A stretch of 62,202 nt of DNA from Phenylobacterium sp. (GTDB taxonomy: Bacteria > Pseudomonadota > Alphaproteobacteria > Caulobacterales > Caulobacteraceae): assembly GCF_036723115.1 (NCBI RefSeq), contig NZ_DAIMHV010000002.1:1-62202 (forward strand), given 5' to 3'. Made by a program: the position numbers and the translations under genes. How positions within the stretch are numbered: the first letter of the stretch is position 1; each line of letters starts with the position of its first letter. This document shows, in pieces, positions 38,899-50,384 of the stretch. The notes under the pieces were generated by a model. It did no database searches. It saw nothing but the letters and a program-made list of their open reading frames with translations, and was not told where the DNA came from.

Positions 38899-39444
38899 AT
38901 GAGACGCCCCCTGCCCGACATGAATGAGGCCCGCGCCATACTGGCGCGGCGGCGGACGGGGCCGGCCCCCCGCCCCGCCCCGCCGGCCGGGCGCGCCCTG
39001 CGCAAGCTGATCGCGGAACTGGACGCCCGCTTCGGCCAGGGCCCCGGCGCCTTGCAGGCCCGCTGGCGCGAGATCGTGGGCGAGCAGACCGCGCGGGTGA
39101 CCGAGCCGGTGAAGCTGGTCAAGGGTCGGGCCGGCGCCGGCGCGGCCCTGGAGATTCGCGTGGCCGGACCCGCCGCGGCCCTGATCCAGCACCAGGCCCC
39201 GGAGATCCTCGGCCGGGTGAACCTGTTCCTGGGGACCGGGGCGGTGGAGAAGCTGCGCATCGTCCAGGGCCCCCTGCGGCCTCGGCCCAAGGCCGAACAG
39301 CCCAGGCCCAGGCCCGCGCGCCCCCTGGACGCCGCCCAGGAGGCGGAGCTGGCCCAGGGCCTGGCCCAGGCGCCTCCCGGCCCGCTGAAGGACGCCCTGA
39401 TGCGCCTGGGGCGCAATGTGCTGCGCCGCGCCGACCAGCGTTGA
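38899..39444 (+). CDS. dciA: DUF721/DciA family protein
   Basis: WREIVG, LIQHQ..EIL.RVN.FLG..AV..LRIVQG. Located between mutY and dsbA. Confidence 0.8.
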   Translation: MRRPLPDMNEARAILARRRTGPAPRPAPPAGRALRKLIAELDARFGQGPGALQARWREIVGEQTARVTEPVKLVKGRAGAGAALEIRVAGPAAALIQHQAPEILGRVNLFLGTGAVEKLRIVQGPLRPRPKAEQPRPRPARPLDAAQEAELAQGLAQAPPGPLKDALMRLGRNVLRRADQR

Positions 39445-39463
39445 CTTTGGTCCCGCGGGACCG

Positions 39464-39506
39464 TTCATCAGGTCTTAACGGTCGCATGGGCCGCGCGTGA
39501 GGAATC
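39464..39506 (+). promoter_or_regulatory. CtrA-like box plus GANTC site upstream of dsbA-smc
   Basis: TTCA-N7-TTAAC at 39464-39479; GAATC at 39502-39506. Confidence 0.45.
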
Positions 39507-39552
39507 GCGCTTTAATTCCTGTTCCGGACACCGCACGAAAGGGCCGTCCCAC

Positions 39553-40170
39553 ATGCTGAACTTCAGCCGTCGCTTCCTGATCGCCGCCGCGGGCGCCGCG
39601 GCCCTGGCGCTGGGCGCCTGCTCAGGTCAGTCGGCCGCCGGCGCCGCCGAGGGCGACATGACCCTGGGCGACCCCAATGCGCCGGTGAAGATGATCGAGT
39701 ACGCCTCGCTCTCCTGCGTCCACTGCGCCACCTTCAACAACGACGTCTTCCCGACGCTGAAGACCAAGTACATCGACACCGGCAAGGTGCACTACACGTT
39801 CCGGGAATTCCTGACGCCGCCGGTGGAAGTGGCCGCCGCAGGCTTCCTGCTGGCCCGCTGCGCCGGAGAAGACCGCTATTTCGAGGTGGTGGACGCCATC
39901 TTCCACAGCCAGCGGGAAATGTTCACCAGCGGCGACATCCGCGGGACCCTGCTGCGCATCGCCCGGTCGGCCGGCATGACCGAGCAGCAGTTCCAGACCT
40001 GCATCTCCGACGAGGCCGGCCTGCGCGCCCTGAACGCCCGCATGGAGAAGAACCAGCGCGAGCACCGGATCCAGGCGACCCCGACCTTCGTGATCAACGG
40101 CAAGGTGGTCAAGGAAGGCGATATGAGCATCGCCGAGCTCGACGCCGCCATCGCCGCGGCCTCGCGCTAG
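39553..40170 (+). CDS. DsbA family thiol-disulfide oxidoreductase (lipoprotein)
   Basis: SRRFL and LGAC lipobox, [18 protein letters not shown]. Confidence 0.9.
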   Translation: MLNFSRRFLIAAAGAAALALGACSGQSAAGAAEGDMTLGDPNAPVKMIEYASLSCVHCATFNNDVFPTLKTKYIDTGKVHYTFREFLTPPVEVAAAGFLLARCAGEDRYFEVVDAIFHSQREMFTSGDIRGTLLRIARSAGMTEQQFQTCISDEAGLRALNARMEKNQREHRIQATPTFVINGKVVKEGDMSIAELDAAIAAASR

Positions 40171-40199
40171 GCCAGGGCCGGGAAAGGTCGGCGGGCGCC

Positions 40200-43100
40200 G
40201 TGCGATTCCAGCGACTGAGGCTTTCGGGCTTCAAGTCCTTTGTCGATCCTACCGAGTTCCGGATCGAGCCGGGGCTCACGGGGATCGTCGGCCCGAACGG
40301 CTGCGGCAAGTCGAACCTGCTGGAGGCGCTCCGCTGGGTCATGGGCGCCAATTCCGCAAAGGCCATGCGGGCCGGCGGCATGGACGACGTGATCTTCGCG
40401 GGCTCCGGCAAGCGGCCCTCGCGCAACCATGCCGACGTCACCCTGACCATCGACAACGCCGAGCGGCGCGCGCCGGCGGCCTATAACGATCATCCGGTGC
40501 TGGAGGTGGTGCGGCGCATCGATCGCGGCGCGGGCTCCACCTACAGGATCAACGGCAAGGAGGTGCGCGCCCGCGACGTGCAGCTCCTGTTCGCCGACGC
40601 CTCCACCGGCTCCAATTCGCCGGCCCTGGTGCGCCAGGGGCAGATTTCCGAGCTGATCGCCGCCAAGCCGCAGAACCGCCGCCTGATCCTGGAAGAGGCG
40701 GCCGGGGTTTCGGGCCTGCATTCCCGGCGCCACGAGGCCGAGCTGCGCCTGCGGGCGGCGGAGACCAATCTGTCGCGCCTGGACGACCTGACCCAGGAGC
40801 TGGAGGCGGGCCTCAACCGTCTGCGGCGTGAGGCCCGCCAGGCCGACCGCTACAAGAAGTTGTCGGCGGAGATCCGCGCCTTGCAGGGCGCCCTGCTCTA
40901 TGCCCGCTGGAACGAGGCGCGCCAGGTGGCCGAGGGCCTGCGCGCCGAAGCCCGCCAGGCCGCCGCCGCCGTGGAGGAGACCGCCCGGGCCGCCGCCCGG
41001 GCCGTAGGCGCCGCCGCCGAAGCCGACGCCGCCCTGGCCCCCTTGCGCGAGGCCGAAGCCGTGGCCGCCGCCGTGCTAGGCAAGCTGGCCATCGACCGGG
41101 ACCGGCTGGAGCGCGACGCCGAGGCCCTGGCCGCCGAAGTCGCCCGGGGCGAGGCCGAGCTCGTGCGCCTGGACGCCGACCGCGCCCGCGAGACCCAGAT
41201 GGTGGAGGACGCCGCCGCGGCCCTGGCCCGCCTGGCTGAGGAGCTGGCCGCCCTGGAGGAGGGCGCGGCCCAGGCGCCCGAACGCCTGCCGGAGCTGGAA
41301 GCCGCCCTGAAAGCCGCAGAGGCCCAGCGTCAGGCCGCCGACGCCGAGGTGGAGCGCCTGGCCGCCGCCGTCGCCGCCGCCGAGGCCCAGCGCCGGGCGG
41401 GCGCGGCCAGACTTTCCGAGGCTCAGGGCCGGGCGAGCCGCGCCGCCCAGGCCCGCGACCGGGCGCAGCAGGAGCTGGAGCGGCTGGGGCCTCTGGAGGA
41501 CCCCGCCCTGGCGCCCGCCAGGACCGCCCTGGAGAGCGCCGAGGCACGCCTGGCCGAGGCCCGCGCCGCCCTCGAAGCCGCCGATGAGGCCCGAGGCGCC
41601 GCCCAGGCCGCCGAAACCCAGGGGCGTGAGGCCGCCCGCCGGCTGGAGGACCAGCTGTCGCGCCTGACCGCCGAGGCCCGCGCCCTGGCGCAGATCGTGG
41701 CTCCGCAGCTGCGCGGCGGCTTCACGCCGGCCCTGGACGCGGTGCGCCCAGAGCGCGGCTATGAGATGGCCCTGGCCGCGGCCCTGGGCGATGATCTGGA
41801 AGCCGCCCTGGACCCCGCCGCCCCGGCTCACTGGGCCGGGGGCGAGGCGCCGCCGGCGAGTTGGCCCGAAGGCGCCAGGCCCCTGGCCGACCTTGTCCAG
41901 GCCCCGCCGGAGCTGGCCGCGCGCCTGGCCTATGTGGCCCTGGTGAGCCAGGCCGACGGGCCGCGCCTGCGCCAGCAGATCGCGCCCGGCGCGCGGCTGG
42001 TGTCTCGGGAAGGCGACCTCTGGCGCTGGGACGGCTTCACCGCCAAGGCCGAAGCCAAAAAGCCCGCCGCCGTCCGCCTGGAACAGAAGACCCGGCTGGC
42101 CGAGGTGGAGGCCGAGATCGAAGCCCTGGCGCCGCGCACCGCCGAGGCCAAGGCCGCGCATGCGGCCGCGCAGGACGCTGTCCGGCTGGCCGAGGACGCC
42201 GCCAAGGCCGCCCGGCGCGACCTGCCCGCCGCCGAACAGGGGCTGGCCCAGGCGCGCCTGACGACGGAGCGCCTGGCGCGGGAGGCCGCCCGCCGGGAAG
42301 CCCAGGGCCAGGCCCTGACCGAAACCCTCACCCGGCTGGAGACCGAGGCGCAGGAGGCCGAGGCCGCCCTGTCCCAGGTGCAGGCCGAACTGGGCGCCGC
42401 AGCCCCCGAGACCCGCCTGGCCGAGCAGCTTCAGGCCGCCCGTGAGGCCGCCCTGCCCGCCCGCGAGGCCGCTGCGGGCGCCCGCTCGGCCCTGGAACTG
42501 GAGATTCGCGAGCGCGACAGCCGCGCCCGGCGCCTGGCGGGGCTCGTCCGCGACCGGGACGACTGGCGCCGGCGAGCCGACGCCGCCGCCCGGCGCCTGG
42601 ATGAGCTGGAGGGGGCGCGGACCCGCGCCGTGGCGAGCCTGGATCAGGCCCGGGAAGCGCCGGCGGGTCTGGAGACGCGGCGACAGGACCTGCTGGATCA
42701 GCTGGCGGCGGCCGAGGCCCGGCGCAGCCAGACACGAGACGCCCTGGCGGCCGGAGAATCCGCCCGCACCGAGGGCGAACGGGCCCTGCGCGCCGCCGAA
42801 TCGGCCGCCGCGGCGGCGCGGGAGGCCCGCGCGGCCCTGGACGCCCGGGCCGAGGCCGCCCGCGAGCGGCTGATCGAGATCGCCGACCAGATCCGCGAGA
42901 CCGCCCGCTGCGAGCCGGAGGCCCTGGCCCGGCGGCTGGCCGACGAGGCGGTGGCCATTCCCAGCGAGCCCGGGGGCATGGAGGCCCATCTGACTCAACT
43001 GGAACGCCAGAGGGAATCCATCGGCGCGGTCAATCTGCGCGCCGAGGACGAGGCCCGCGAGAGCGCCGCCCGGCTGGAGACGATCCAGACCGAGCGCGCC

Positions 43101-43643
43101 GACCTGACCGGCGCCATCGCCCGCCTGCGCGAGGGAATCGACGAGCTGAATGGCGAGGGCCGCGAACGGCTGGTGGCCGCCTTCGACGTCATCAACGGCC
43201 ACTTCAAGACCCTGTTCGAAACCCTGTTCGAAGGGGGGCAGGCCGAGCTGCGGCTGGTGGAATCCGACGATCCCCTGGAAGCCGGACTGGAGATCTATGC
43301 CTGCCCGCCGGGCAAGCGCATGGCCGCCATGAGCCTGATGAGCGGCGGCGAGCAGGCCCTGACCGCCGCCGCCCTGATCTTCGCCGTCTTCCTGGCCAAT
43401 CCGGCCCCCATCTGCGTGCTCGACGAGGTGGACGCGCCCCTGGACGACGCCAATGTGGACCGGTTCTGCAACATGCTGGACGAGATGCGCCGGCGCACCC
43501 AGACCCGCTTCATCGCCATCACCCACAATCCGGTCACCATGGCCCGCATGGACCGGCTGTTTGGGGTCACCATGGCCGAGCGGGGCGTGTCCCAGCTGGT
43601 GTCGGTGGACCTCCGTCAGGCCGAAGCTCTGGCGGCCGAATAG
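40200..43643 (+). CDS. smc: Chromosome segregation protein SMC
   Basis: [14 protein letters not shown], long coiled coils, [19 protein letters not shown]. Confidence 0.97.
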   Translation: MRFQRLRLSGFKSFVDPTEFRIEPGLTGIVGPNGCGKSNLLEALRWVMGANSAKAMRAGGMDDVIFAGSGKRPSRNHADVTLTIDNAERRAPAAYNDHPVLEVVRRIDRGAGSTYRINGKEVRARDVQLLFADASTGSNSPALVRQGQISELIAAKPQNRRLILEEAAGVSGLHSRRHEAELRLRAAETNLSRLDDLTQELEAGLNRLRREARQADRYKKLSAEIRALQGALLYARWNEARQVAEGLRAEARQAAAAVEETARAAARAVGAAAEADAALAPLREAEAVAAAVLGKLAIDRDRLERDAEALAAEVARGEAELVRLDADRARETQMVEDAAAALARLAEELAALEEGAAQAPERLPELEAALKAAEAQRQAADAEVERLAAAVAAAEAQRRAGAARLSEAQGRASRAAQARDRAQQELERLGPLEDPALAPARTALESAEARLAEARAALEAADEARGAAQAAETQGREAARRLEDQLSRLTAEARALAQIVAPQLRGGFTPALDAVRPERGYEMALAAALGDDLEAALDPAAPAHWAGGEAPPASWPEGARPLADLVQAPPELAARLAYVALVSQADGPRLRQQIAPGARLVSREGDLWRWDGFTAKAEAKKPAAVRLEQKTRLAEVEAEIEALAPRTAEAKAAHAAAQDAVRLAEDAAKAARRDLPAAEQGLAQARLTTERLAREAARREAQGQALTETLTRLETEAQEAEAALSQVQAELGAAAPETRLAEQLQAAREAALPAREAAAGARSALELEIRERDSRARRLAGLVRDRDDWRRRADAAARRLDELEGARTRAVASLDQAREAPAGLETRRQDLLDQLAAAEARRSQTRDALAAGESARTEGERALRAAESAAAAAREARAALDARAEAARERLIEIADQIRETARCEPEALARRLADEAVAIPSEPGGMEAHLTQLERQRESIGAVNLRAEDEARESAARLETIQTERADLTGAIARLREGIDELNGEGRERLVAAFDVINGHFKTLFETLFEGGQAELRLVESDDPLEAGLEIYACPPGKRMAAMSLMSGGEQALTAAALIFAVFLANPAPICVLDEVDAPLDDANVDRFCNMLDEMRRRTQTRFIAITHNPVTMARMDRLFGVTMAERGVSQLVSVDLRQAEALAAE

Positions 43644-43720
43644 AGGGCCTGGGCCACGAATCCAGGCCTTTAGGCCGATAGGCGAGCGAAATCAAACAAT
43701 TAGAGTGGGGCGTGAGCGCC

Positions 43721-43749
43721 TTGACGCTGCACCTGCTCACCTTTAGGTT
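43721..43749 (+). promoter_or_regulatory. Putative sigma70 promoter of the atp F0 operon
   Basis: TTGACG-N17-TAGGTT, 64 nt upstream of atpI. Confidence 0.6.
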
Positions 43750-43813
43750 CCGCCGCGATCGAACCAGGGGCGCCGCGGGGCCGCCCGCGCCCCCGGGAAG
43801 GCGTCATCCGCTC

Positions 43814-44215
43814 ATGTCGCAACCGCACGATCCGCACGATGAGGCGCTGAAACGCCTCGACGCCAGACTGGATGCAGTCAAGGCGGCGCGGGAGGCGAGG
43901 ACGCGGAAGGCGCAGTTCGATACGGGCGCGATCGGCGCCGGCTACAAGCTTGTGGCCGAGCTGATCGGGGGCGTCCTGGGGGGACTTGGCCTTGGCTGGG
44001 TCTTCGATCAATGGGTCGGAACCTCTCCCTGGGGCTTGCTCCTGGGGGTCCTTGTGGGTACCGGCCTTGCGGTGTTTCTGATCGCGCGCTCGGCGGGACG
44101 CATGAGCGCGCAGGCGGCGGCGAAGGCCGGACCGGTTTCCTCGGTCCCCTTCGACGACGAAGACGATGAAGATGACGGCTGGCCCGCGGGGCCTGGCCAG
44201 AACGAGAGGGACTGA
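43814..44215 (+). CDS. atpI: AtpZ/AtpI family protein
   Basis: [23 protein letters not shown], first gene of the F0 cluster. Confidence 0.88.
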   Translation: MSQPHDPHDEALKRLDARLDAVKAAREARTRKAQFDTGAIGAGYKLVAELIGGVLGGLGLGWVFDQWVGTSPWGLLLGVLVGTGLAVFLIARSAGRMSAQAAAKAGPVSSVPFDDEDDEDDGWPAGPGQNERD

Positions 44216-44218
44216 GGC

Positions 44219-44971
44219 GTGGCCGACCCGATGCACCAGTTCGAGATCCAGCAGGTTCTCGAGCTTCCCACCGTTGCCGGCTTCGATCTGTCGATCACCA
44301 ATTCGGCCCTGTGGATGATGATTTCCGCGGCCTGCGTGACCCTGTTCTTCGCCGCGGCCTCGGCCAAGGCCGCCGTGGTTCCCGGGCGCCTGCAGTCGGT
44401 GGGGGAGATGCTCTATGAGCTGATCCACGACCTGACCGACTCGATCATCGGCCACGAAGGCAAGCGCTACTTCCCCTTCATATTCACCCTGTTCGCCTTC
44501 ATCCTGGCGATGAACCTGCTGGGCATGGTGCCCTATTTCTTCACCTCGACCTCTCAGCTGGCGGTGACCGCCACCCTGGGCGTCCTGGTGATCGCGGTGG
44601 TCATCGCCGTGGGCTTCGCCCGCAACGGCCTGGGCTTCTTCAAGCTTTTCGTCCCCTCCGGCGTGCCCTTCTTCGTGCTGCCGCTGGTGGTGGTGATCGA
44701 GATCATCTCCTTCCTGGTCCGCCCGGTGACGCTGGCCCTTCGTCTGTTCGGCAACATGGTGGGCGGCCACGTGGTGCTGAAGGTGTTCGGCGGCTTCGTC
44801 GTCTCGCTGGGCGCGCTGGGCGCGCTGGGCGTCGTCGGCGCCCTGGTCACCCTGACCGGCACGGTGGCCATCACCGCCCTGGAGTTCATGGTCGCGTTCC
44901 TGCAGGCGTTCGTCTTCGCCGTGCTGGCCTGCGTCTATCTGAACGACGTCGTGAACCTGCATAGCCACTGA
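44219..44971 (+). CDS. atpB: F0F1 ATP synthase subunit a
   Basis: [30 protein letters not shown]. Confidence 0.97.
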   Translation: MADPMHQFEIQQVLELPTVAGFDLSITNSALWMMISAACVTLFFAAASAKAAVVPGRLQSVGEMLYELIHDLTDSIIGHEGKRYFPFIFTLFAFILAMNLLGMVPYFFTSTSQLAVTATLGVLVIAVVIAVGFARNGLGFFKLFVPSGVPFFVLPLVVVIEIISFLVRPVTLALRLFGNMVGGHVVLKVFGGFVVSLGALGALGVVGALVTLTGTVAITALEFMVAFLQAFVFAVLACVYLNDVVNLHSH

Positions 44972-45027
44972 TCACGACCGACAACTCACCCCGTTACCCG
45001 ACCCCATCGCTTAAACGGAGCACTTCG

Positions 45028-45255
45028 ATGGATCCCCTTGCTGCTAAGTACATCGGCGCTGGCCTGGCGATGCTGGGCATGATCGGCGCCGGTATCGGCC
45101 TCGGCACCATGTTCGGCCAATACCTCAACGGCGCCCTGCGCAACCCGTCGGCCTCGGCCGGCGAGCGTCCGATGCTCTTCCTGGGCATGGCGCTGACCGA
45201 AGCCCTGGGCATCTTCGCCTTCGTGGTCGCGCTGCTGATCCTGTTCGCCGCCTAA
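45028..45255 (+). CDS. atpE: F0F1 ATP synthase subunit c
   Basis: GAGIGLG, ALRNP, ALTEALG. Confidence 0.97.
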   Translation: MDPLAAKYIGAGLAMLGMIGAGIGLGTMFGQYLNGALRNPSASAGERPMLFLGMALTEALGIFAFVVALLILFAA

Positions 45256-45350
45256 GGCGACACCATCCGTGCGTTGGGGGGCGGGCTGTCGCACGGCCCG
45301 CCTTTCGCATAACCCACGTGACGGAAGCGCAGACTTAACGGAGCGCCGTG

Positions 45351-45944
45351 ATGGCCCAGACTTCCCCTGAGCTCGATCCGGGCGGCGCGGTGGTGCAAAC
45401 CCCGCACACGACCCCGAGCCACGACCTGCACGAGATGACGGCGGGCGAGGAGCACGCCTCGGGCCTGCCCCAGTTCGAGTTCGGCTACTGGCCGGGCCAG
45501 GTCTTCTGGCTGCTCATCGTCTTCGTCATCCTCTATGTCGTTCTCTCCAAGCTCTTCCTGCCTCGGGTGGGCGGAGCGATCGAGGCCCGCGCGGCCAAGA
45601 TCGAGGGCGATCTCGCCGAGGCCCGCGCCGCGCGCGACGAGGCCGAGCGCCAATCCGCCGAGGCCGCGGCCGAACTGGCCCAGGCCCGCGCCCGCGCCCA
45701 GAAGACCGCCGCCGAGGCCAAGGCCGCCGCCAAGGCCGAGGCCGATGCGCGCAACGCCGCCGAAGAGGCCAAGCTTAACGAACGCCTGACCGCCGCCGAG
45801 GCCGCCATCCAGGCCAGCCGCGAACAGGCCATGGCCAATGTTCGCACCGTGGCCGCCGAAACCGCTGAAGCCATCGTCGAGAAGCTGAGCGGTACGCCGG
45901 CGACCCGCGCCGAGGTCGAGGCCGCCCTGGCCCAGACCGCCTAA
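45351..45944 (+). CDS. atpF2: F0F1 ATP synthase subunit b'
   Basis: GLPQF....PGQVFWL, TM helix followed by coiled coil. Start could also be GTG 45348. Confidence 0.92.
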   Translation: MAQTSPELDPGGAVVQTPHTTPSHDLHEMTAGEEHASGLPQFEFGYWPGQVFWLLIVFVILYVVLSKLFLPRVGGAIEARAAKIEGDLAEARAARDEAERQSAEAAAELAQARARAQKTAAEAKAAAKAEADARNAAEEAKLNERLTAAEAAIQASREQAMANVRTVAAETAEAIVEKLSGTPATRAEVEAALAQTA

Positions 45945-45954
45945 GGAGAGGCCG

Positions 45955-46449
45955 ATGTCCGAGTTTTTCATCGCCCCGGAATTCTGGGTCCTCGTCGCGG
46001 TCCTGCTGTTCTTCGGCCTGCTGATTTATCTGAAGGTCCCTGCGGCCATGGGCCGGGCGCTCGACGCCCGGGCCGGGAAGATCCAGGCCGAGCTGGACGA
46101 GGCCCAGCGCCTGCGGGCCGAGGCCCAGGCCCTGCTGGCCGAGATCAAGACCCAGCGGGAAGAGACCGAGAAGATGGCCCGCGACATGCTGGCCCAGGCC
46201 CAGGAGGACGCCGAGCGCCTGCGCAAGGAGTCCGCCGTCAAGCTTGAGGAGCAGATCGCCCGTCGCACCCAGATGGCCGAGCGCAAGATCGCCACCGCCG
46301 AGGCCCAGGCCGCGGCCGAGGTGAAGGCCGCCGCCGCCGAAATGGCCGCCGAAGCCGCCCGCGGCGTCCTGGCCGGCCGCATCGCTGGCGCGACCTCCGA
46401 CCCCCTGGTGGACAAGGCCCTGGGCCAGCTGGCCGCCAAGCTGCAGTAG
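45955..46449 (+). CDS. atpF: F0F1 ATP synthase subunit b
   Basis: EFWV, LDAR...[19 protein letters not shown]. Confidence 0.94.
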   Translation: MSEFFIAPEFWVLVAVLLFFGLLIYLKVPAAMGRALDARAGKIQAELDEAQRLRAEAQALLAEIKTQREETEKMARDMLAQAQEDAERLRKESAVKLEEQIARRTQMAERKIATAEAQAAAEVKAAAAEMAAEAARGVLAGRIAGATSDPLVDKALGQLAAKLQ

Positions 46450-46485
46450 CGAACGGCCCGAACGAACGGCCCGAAAGCCAGCCTC

Positions 46486-46524
46486 AAGACGCCGCCCCGG
46501 TTCGCCAGGGCGGCGTTTTTGTTT
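46486..46524 (+). terminator. Intrinsic terminator of the atp F0 operon
   Basis: Stem AAGACGCCGCCC/GGGCGGCGTTTT followed by TGTTT. Confidence 0.85.
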
Positions 46525-46531
46525 CAGCGCC

Positions 46532-46942
46532 TCAGGCGTTGCGGCGGCGGAAAGGCCGGCGAGCCCGGGCGGCCATGCGATAGCGGCGCGGCGTGAGAAG
46601 CCGCTCGAGGCGCAGCACCATCTGCCAGGCCACCGGCGCCACTTCCGGCCGCCGGCGCAGCAGTCGCCGGATCGGATGGAGCAGGCGCGGATGGGCGCGC
46701 TGGGCGCGGATGAAGGCCCGCCTGGCCCGATAGGAATTGCGCAGGATGAGGATCATCCCGACCACCGCCACCGGCAGCCCCATGGGTCCCGGCAGGGGGG
46801 CGATCAGGGCGCCCAGGATCACCAGCAGCCCGCCCAGCGCCATGAGGGCGAGCCGGGCGGCCCGTCCGGCCAGACGGCCGAACAGATCGTGCGAGGCGGG
46901 ACGGCCATCAAGCCGGGCGCTGGGGACGAGGGACACGCGCAA
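46532..46942 (-). CDS. Hypothetical membrane protein (PGPGW-like hairpin)
   Basis: TM-APLPGPMG-TM followed by an Arg-rich tail. Start uncertain. Confidence 0.65.
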   Translation of the reverse strand: MRVSLVPSARLDGRPASHDLFGRLAGRAARLALMALGGLLVILGALIAPLPGPMGLPVAVVGMILILRNSYRARRAFIRAQRAHPRLLHPIRRLLRRRPEVAPVAWQMVLRLERLLTPRRYRMAARARRPFRRRNA

Positions 46943-47068
46943 TAACCTGGGATCGCGCGCGATCCGGCCCGTTCGGGGAGGCAGGGCCCCCGCGCGCTCA
47001 CCTCATATGTGAACACGCCTGAGTGACTTAAAGGTGGCGGGAGGCGCTGATCGCGCCTCCCGCGCAGC

Positions 47069-48652
47069 TTATTCCGCCGCCAGCGGCGCCGGCGCCACAC
47101 CCGCCTCGGGCTTCCAGGTGAGGCGCGGCTTGCGCGCCGCCAAGGTCTCGTCCAGGCGGCGCAGAGGGGCCAGGTGCGGAGCGGCCTTGAACCGCTCGGA
47201 ATCCCCGGCCTTGGCCGCGCCGGCCAAGGCGATGAGCGCCTCGCAGAAGCGGTCCAGCTCCTGCTTGGATTCGGTCTCGGTGGGCTCGATGAGCATGGCC
47301 CCGTGCACCACCAGAGGGAAGTACATGGTCATCGGGTGGAAGCCCTCGTCGATCATCGCCTTGGCGAAGTCGAGCGTGGTCACCCCGGTGCCTTCCAGCC
47401 AGGCGTCGTCGAACAGGGCCTCGTGCATGCAGGGGCCGTCGGGGAAGGCCGCCGTCATCACACCCGAGAGCCGCGCCTTGATGTAGTTGGCGTTGAGCAC
47501 CGCATCCTCAGCCACCTGCCGCAGACCGTCGGCGCCGTGGCTGCGCATATAGGCGTAGGCGCGCACGAACATGCCCATCTGGCCGTGGAAGGCGCTCATG
47601 CGGCCAAAGGCCTGGGCGGCCTCGGCCACCGTCTCCTCCACCAGATGCAGCCCCCCGGCCCCATGCACCACCCAGGGGGCGGGCGCGAAGGGGGCGAGGG
47701 CTTCCGACAGGACCACCGGGCCAGCGCCCGGCCCGCCGCCCCCATGGGGGGTGGAGAAGGTCTTGTGCAGGTTGATGTGCATGGCGTCGACGCCCAGGTC
47801 GCCCGGGCGCACCCGGCCGACGATGGCGTTGAAGTTGGCGCCGTCGCAGTAGAAATAAGCCCCGGCCTCATGGGTGAGACGGGCGATCTCGATGATGTCC
47901 CGCTCGAACAGGCCGCAGGTGTTGGGATTGGTCACCATGATGGCGGCCACGTCCGGCCCCAGCTTGGCCGCCAGATCAGCCAGATCCACCCGCCCGTCTT
48001 CGGTCTGGGCGATCTCGGTCACCGAATAGCCCACAAAGGCCGCCGTGGCCGGATTGGTGCCATGGGCCGAGGTGGGCACCAGAACGCGCCGACGCGCGGC
48101 GTCGCCCCGGGCCTCGTGCGCGGCGCGGATGGCCAGGAGGCCGCAGAGCTCGCCATGGGCGCCGGCCTTGGGCGACAGGGCCACCGCCGGCATGCCGGTG
48201 AGCGTCTTCAGCCAATGGGCCAGGCGGTCCATCAGCGCCAGGGCGCCCTGGGTGGTGGAGACCGGCGCCAGGGGGTGCAGGTCGGCGAAGCCCGCCAGCC
48301 GGGCCATCTTCTCGTTCAGCCGCGGATTGTGCTTCATCGTGCACGAGCCCAGGGGATAGAGGGCCAGGTCGATGGCGTGGTTCTTCTGCGACAGGCGCAC
48401 ATAGTGGCGCATGGCCTCAGGCTCGGACAGGCCCGGCAGGCCGATGGGGGCGCGGCGAACCAGGTCCCCCAGGTCCGAGGCGTCGGCGGAAGCCTCCGGC
48501 AGATCCACGCCGGTCTTGCTCCAGCCGTCCCGTTCGAAGATCAGCGCCTCGTCCTGCAGCAGGGCGCGCCCGCCGGTGAGGGAGGCGAAGCCGGGCTCCA
48601 GGGGCTGGACATCCTCCGGCCGGGTGGGCCGACCGACATTTTGCATGGTCAT
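47069..48652 (-). CDS. gcvPB: Glycine dehydrogenase subunit 2
   Basis: [46 protein letters not shown]. Confidence 0.97.
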   Translation of the reverse strand: MTMQNVGRPTRPEDVQPLEPGFASLTGGRALLQDEALIFERDGWSKTGVDLPEASADASDLGDLVRRAPIGLPGLSEPEAMRHYVRLSQKNHAIDLALYPLGSCTMKHNPRLNEKMARLAGFADLHPLAPVSTTQGALALMDRLAHWLKTLTGMPAVALSPKAGAHGELCGLLAIRAAHEARGDAARRRVLVPTSAHGTNPATAAFVGYSVTEIAQTEDGRVDLADLAAKLGPDVAAIMVTNPNTCGLFERDIIEIARLTHEAGAYFYCDGANFNAIVGRVRPGDLGVDAMHINLHKTFSTPHGGGGPGAGPVVLSEALAPFAPAPWVVHGAGGLHLVEETVAEAAQAFGRMSAFHGQMGMFVRAYAYMRSHGADGLRQVAEDAVLNANYIKARLSGVMTAAFPDGPCMHEALFDDAWLEGTGVTTLDFAKAMIDEGFHPMTMYFPLVVHGAMLIEPTETESKQELDRFCEALIALAGAAKAGDSERFKAAPHLAPLRRLDETLAARKPRLTWKPEAGVAPAPLAAE

Positions 48653-49995
48653 GCGGAGGTCCTCCGGGAAAGCGCCTGGGCGAAGGCGTCAATATCCTCG
48701 TCCAGGGTGGTCTCAGTGGCGGCGCACAGCAGCACGTCGTCGAGGCCGGCCTTGGGGTCCAGGCGCGAGAAGGGCACCCCCGCCACCACGCCGTCGGCCA
48801 GCAGATCGTCCACCGCCTGGGCGGCATTCATGGGCAGGCGCACGGCGATCTCGTTGAAGAAGCGCGGGGTCAGCACCTCGACGCCCTTCACCGCCCCCAG
48901 GGCGTCGCGCAGGCGGCGCGCCTTGGCGTGGTTGATCTCCGCCAGCCGCCGCAAACCCACCTCGCCCAGCAGGGTCAGGTGGATGGTGAAGGCGAGCGCG
49001 CAGAGCCCCGAATTGGTGCAGATGTTGGAGGTCGCCTTTTCCCGGCGGATATGCTGCTCGCGGGTGGAGAGGGTCAGGACGAAGCCGCGGCGGCCCTCGG
49101 CGTCCACGGTCTCGCCGCACAGGCGGCCCGGCATCTGGCGGACCAGCTTCTCCCGACAGGCGAAGAGGCCGATATAGGGACCGCCGAAGTTCAGCGCATT
49201 GCCGATGGACTGGCCCTCGGCCACGGCGATGTCGGCGCCCATCTCGCCCGGAGACTTCAGCAGGCCGTAGCTGACCGCCTCGGTGGTGACGACGATCAGC
49301 AGGGCCCTGGCCGCATGGGCCGCCTCGGCGATCTTCGTCACGTCGGTGACCACGCCGAAGACGTTGGGACTCTGCACCACCACGCAGGCGGTCTCCGAAT
49401 CGATCGCGGCGATGACCTCGGCCTCGGCGTCGATGGCCACGGGCTGGCGGACGATCTCCATGCCCTCGGCATGGGCGATGGTCTGGGTGGTGGCGGCGTA
49501 GTGGGGATGCAGCCCGCCCGAGAGAATGGCCTTTTCCCGGCGGGTCACCCGCTGGGCCATCATCACGGCCTCGGCGCAGGCCGTGGAGCCGTCGTACATG
49601 GAGGCGTTGGCCACATCCAGGCCGGTGAGCGCGGCCACCTGGGTCTGGAACTCGAACAGGACCTGCAGCGTCCCCTGAGCGATCTCCGGCTGGTAGGGGG
49701 TGTAGCTGGTGAGGAATTCCGACCGCTGGATCACATGGTCCACCGTGGCCGGAACATGATGGCGATAGGCGCCGGCCCCGCAGAAGAACGGCCCGGCCCC
49801 AGCCGAACGGTTCAGAGCCGCCAGCCCCGCCAGCTCCCGCTCGACCTCCAGTTCCCCGGCGTGCAGGGGCAGGTCCACGGGGCCGGGAAGGCGCGCGGCG
49901 GCAGGAACATCGACGAACAGCTCGTCGATGGAGGCGGCGCCGATGACGCCCAGCATCTGGGCGCGGTCGGCGGGGGTGAGCGGCAGGTAGCGCAT
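48649..49995 (-). CDS. gcvPA: Glycine dehydrogenase subunit 1
   Basis: [36 protein letters not shown]. Confidence 0.97.
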   Translation of the reverse strand: MRYLPLTPADRAQMLGVIGAASIDELFVDVPAAARLPGPVDLPLHAGELEVERELAGLAALNRSAGAGPFFCGAGAYRHHVPATVDHVIQRSEFLTSYTPYQPEIAQGTLQVLFEFQTQVAALTGLDVANASMYDGSTACAEAVMMAQRVTRREKAILSGGLHPHYAATTQTIAHAEGMEIVRQPVAIDAEAEVIAAIDSETACVVVQSPNVFGVVTDVTKIAEAAHAARALLIVVTTEAVSYGLLKSPGEMGADIAVAEGQSIGNALNFGGPYIGLFACREKLVRQMPGRLCGETVDAEGRRGFVLTLSTREQHIRREKATSNICTNSGLCALAFTIHLTLLGEVGLRRLAEINHAKARRLRDALGAVKGVEVLTPRFFNEIAVRLPMNAAQAVDDLLADGVVAGVPFSRLDPKAGLDDVLLCAATETTLDEDIDAFAQALSRRTSA

Positions 49996-50000
49996 GGGGT

Positions 50001-50366
50001 CTAGAGCGTCTCCAGGAAGGCGTCGTAGGCGGCGCGGTCCATCAGGGACTCGTACTCGGCCTTGTCGGCGACCTTGATCTTGGCGAACCAGCCGCCGGCC
50101 TCGGGCTCGGCGTTGACGGTCTCGGGGGCCTCGCCCAGGGCGCCGTTGGCCTCCACGACCTCGCCGGACAGGGGGGCGTAGACGTCGGAGGCGGCCTTGA
50201 CCGATTCCACCACCGCCAGGCCCTCGCCGGACTTCACGGCCTTGCCGACGTCAGGCGTCTCGACGAACACCACATCGCCCAGCTGCTCGGCGGCATAGGC
50301 GGTGATGCCCACAGTGGCCACGTCGCCGTCCAGCGAGACCCATTCGTGATCCTTGGTGAAGCGCAT
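50001..50366 (-). CDS. gcvH: Glycine cleavage system H protein
   Basis: HEW, LGDVVFV, lipoyl motif VESVKAASD. Confidence 0.97.
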   Translation of the reverse strand: MRFTKDHEWVSLDGDVATVGITAYAAEQLGDVVFVETPDVGKAVKSGEGLAVVESVKAASDVYAPLSGEVVEANGALGEAPETVNAEPEAGGWFAKIKVADKAEYESLMDRAAYDAFLETL

Positions 50367-50384
50367 GCTTCGCAGTTCCTTCTC

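Noticed and set aside
40900..43100. GCC/GAG-rich quasi-repeats in smc
   Set aside because: Explained by the Ala/Glu/Arg coiled-coil composition.
45028..45255. Possible Na+-coupled ATP synthase, given the candidate ion-sensing leader in the window
   Set aside because: Subunit c reads TEAL, without the E-S/T and upstream Gln signature of Na+-binding c rings, so it is consistent with H+ coupling.
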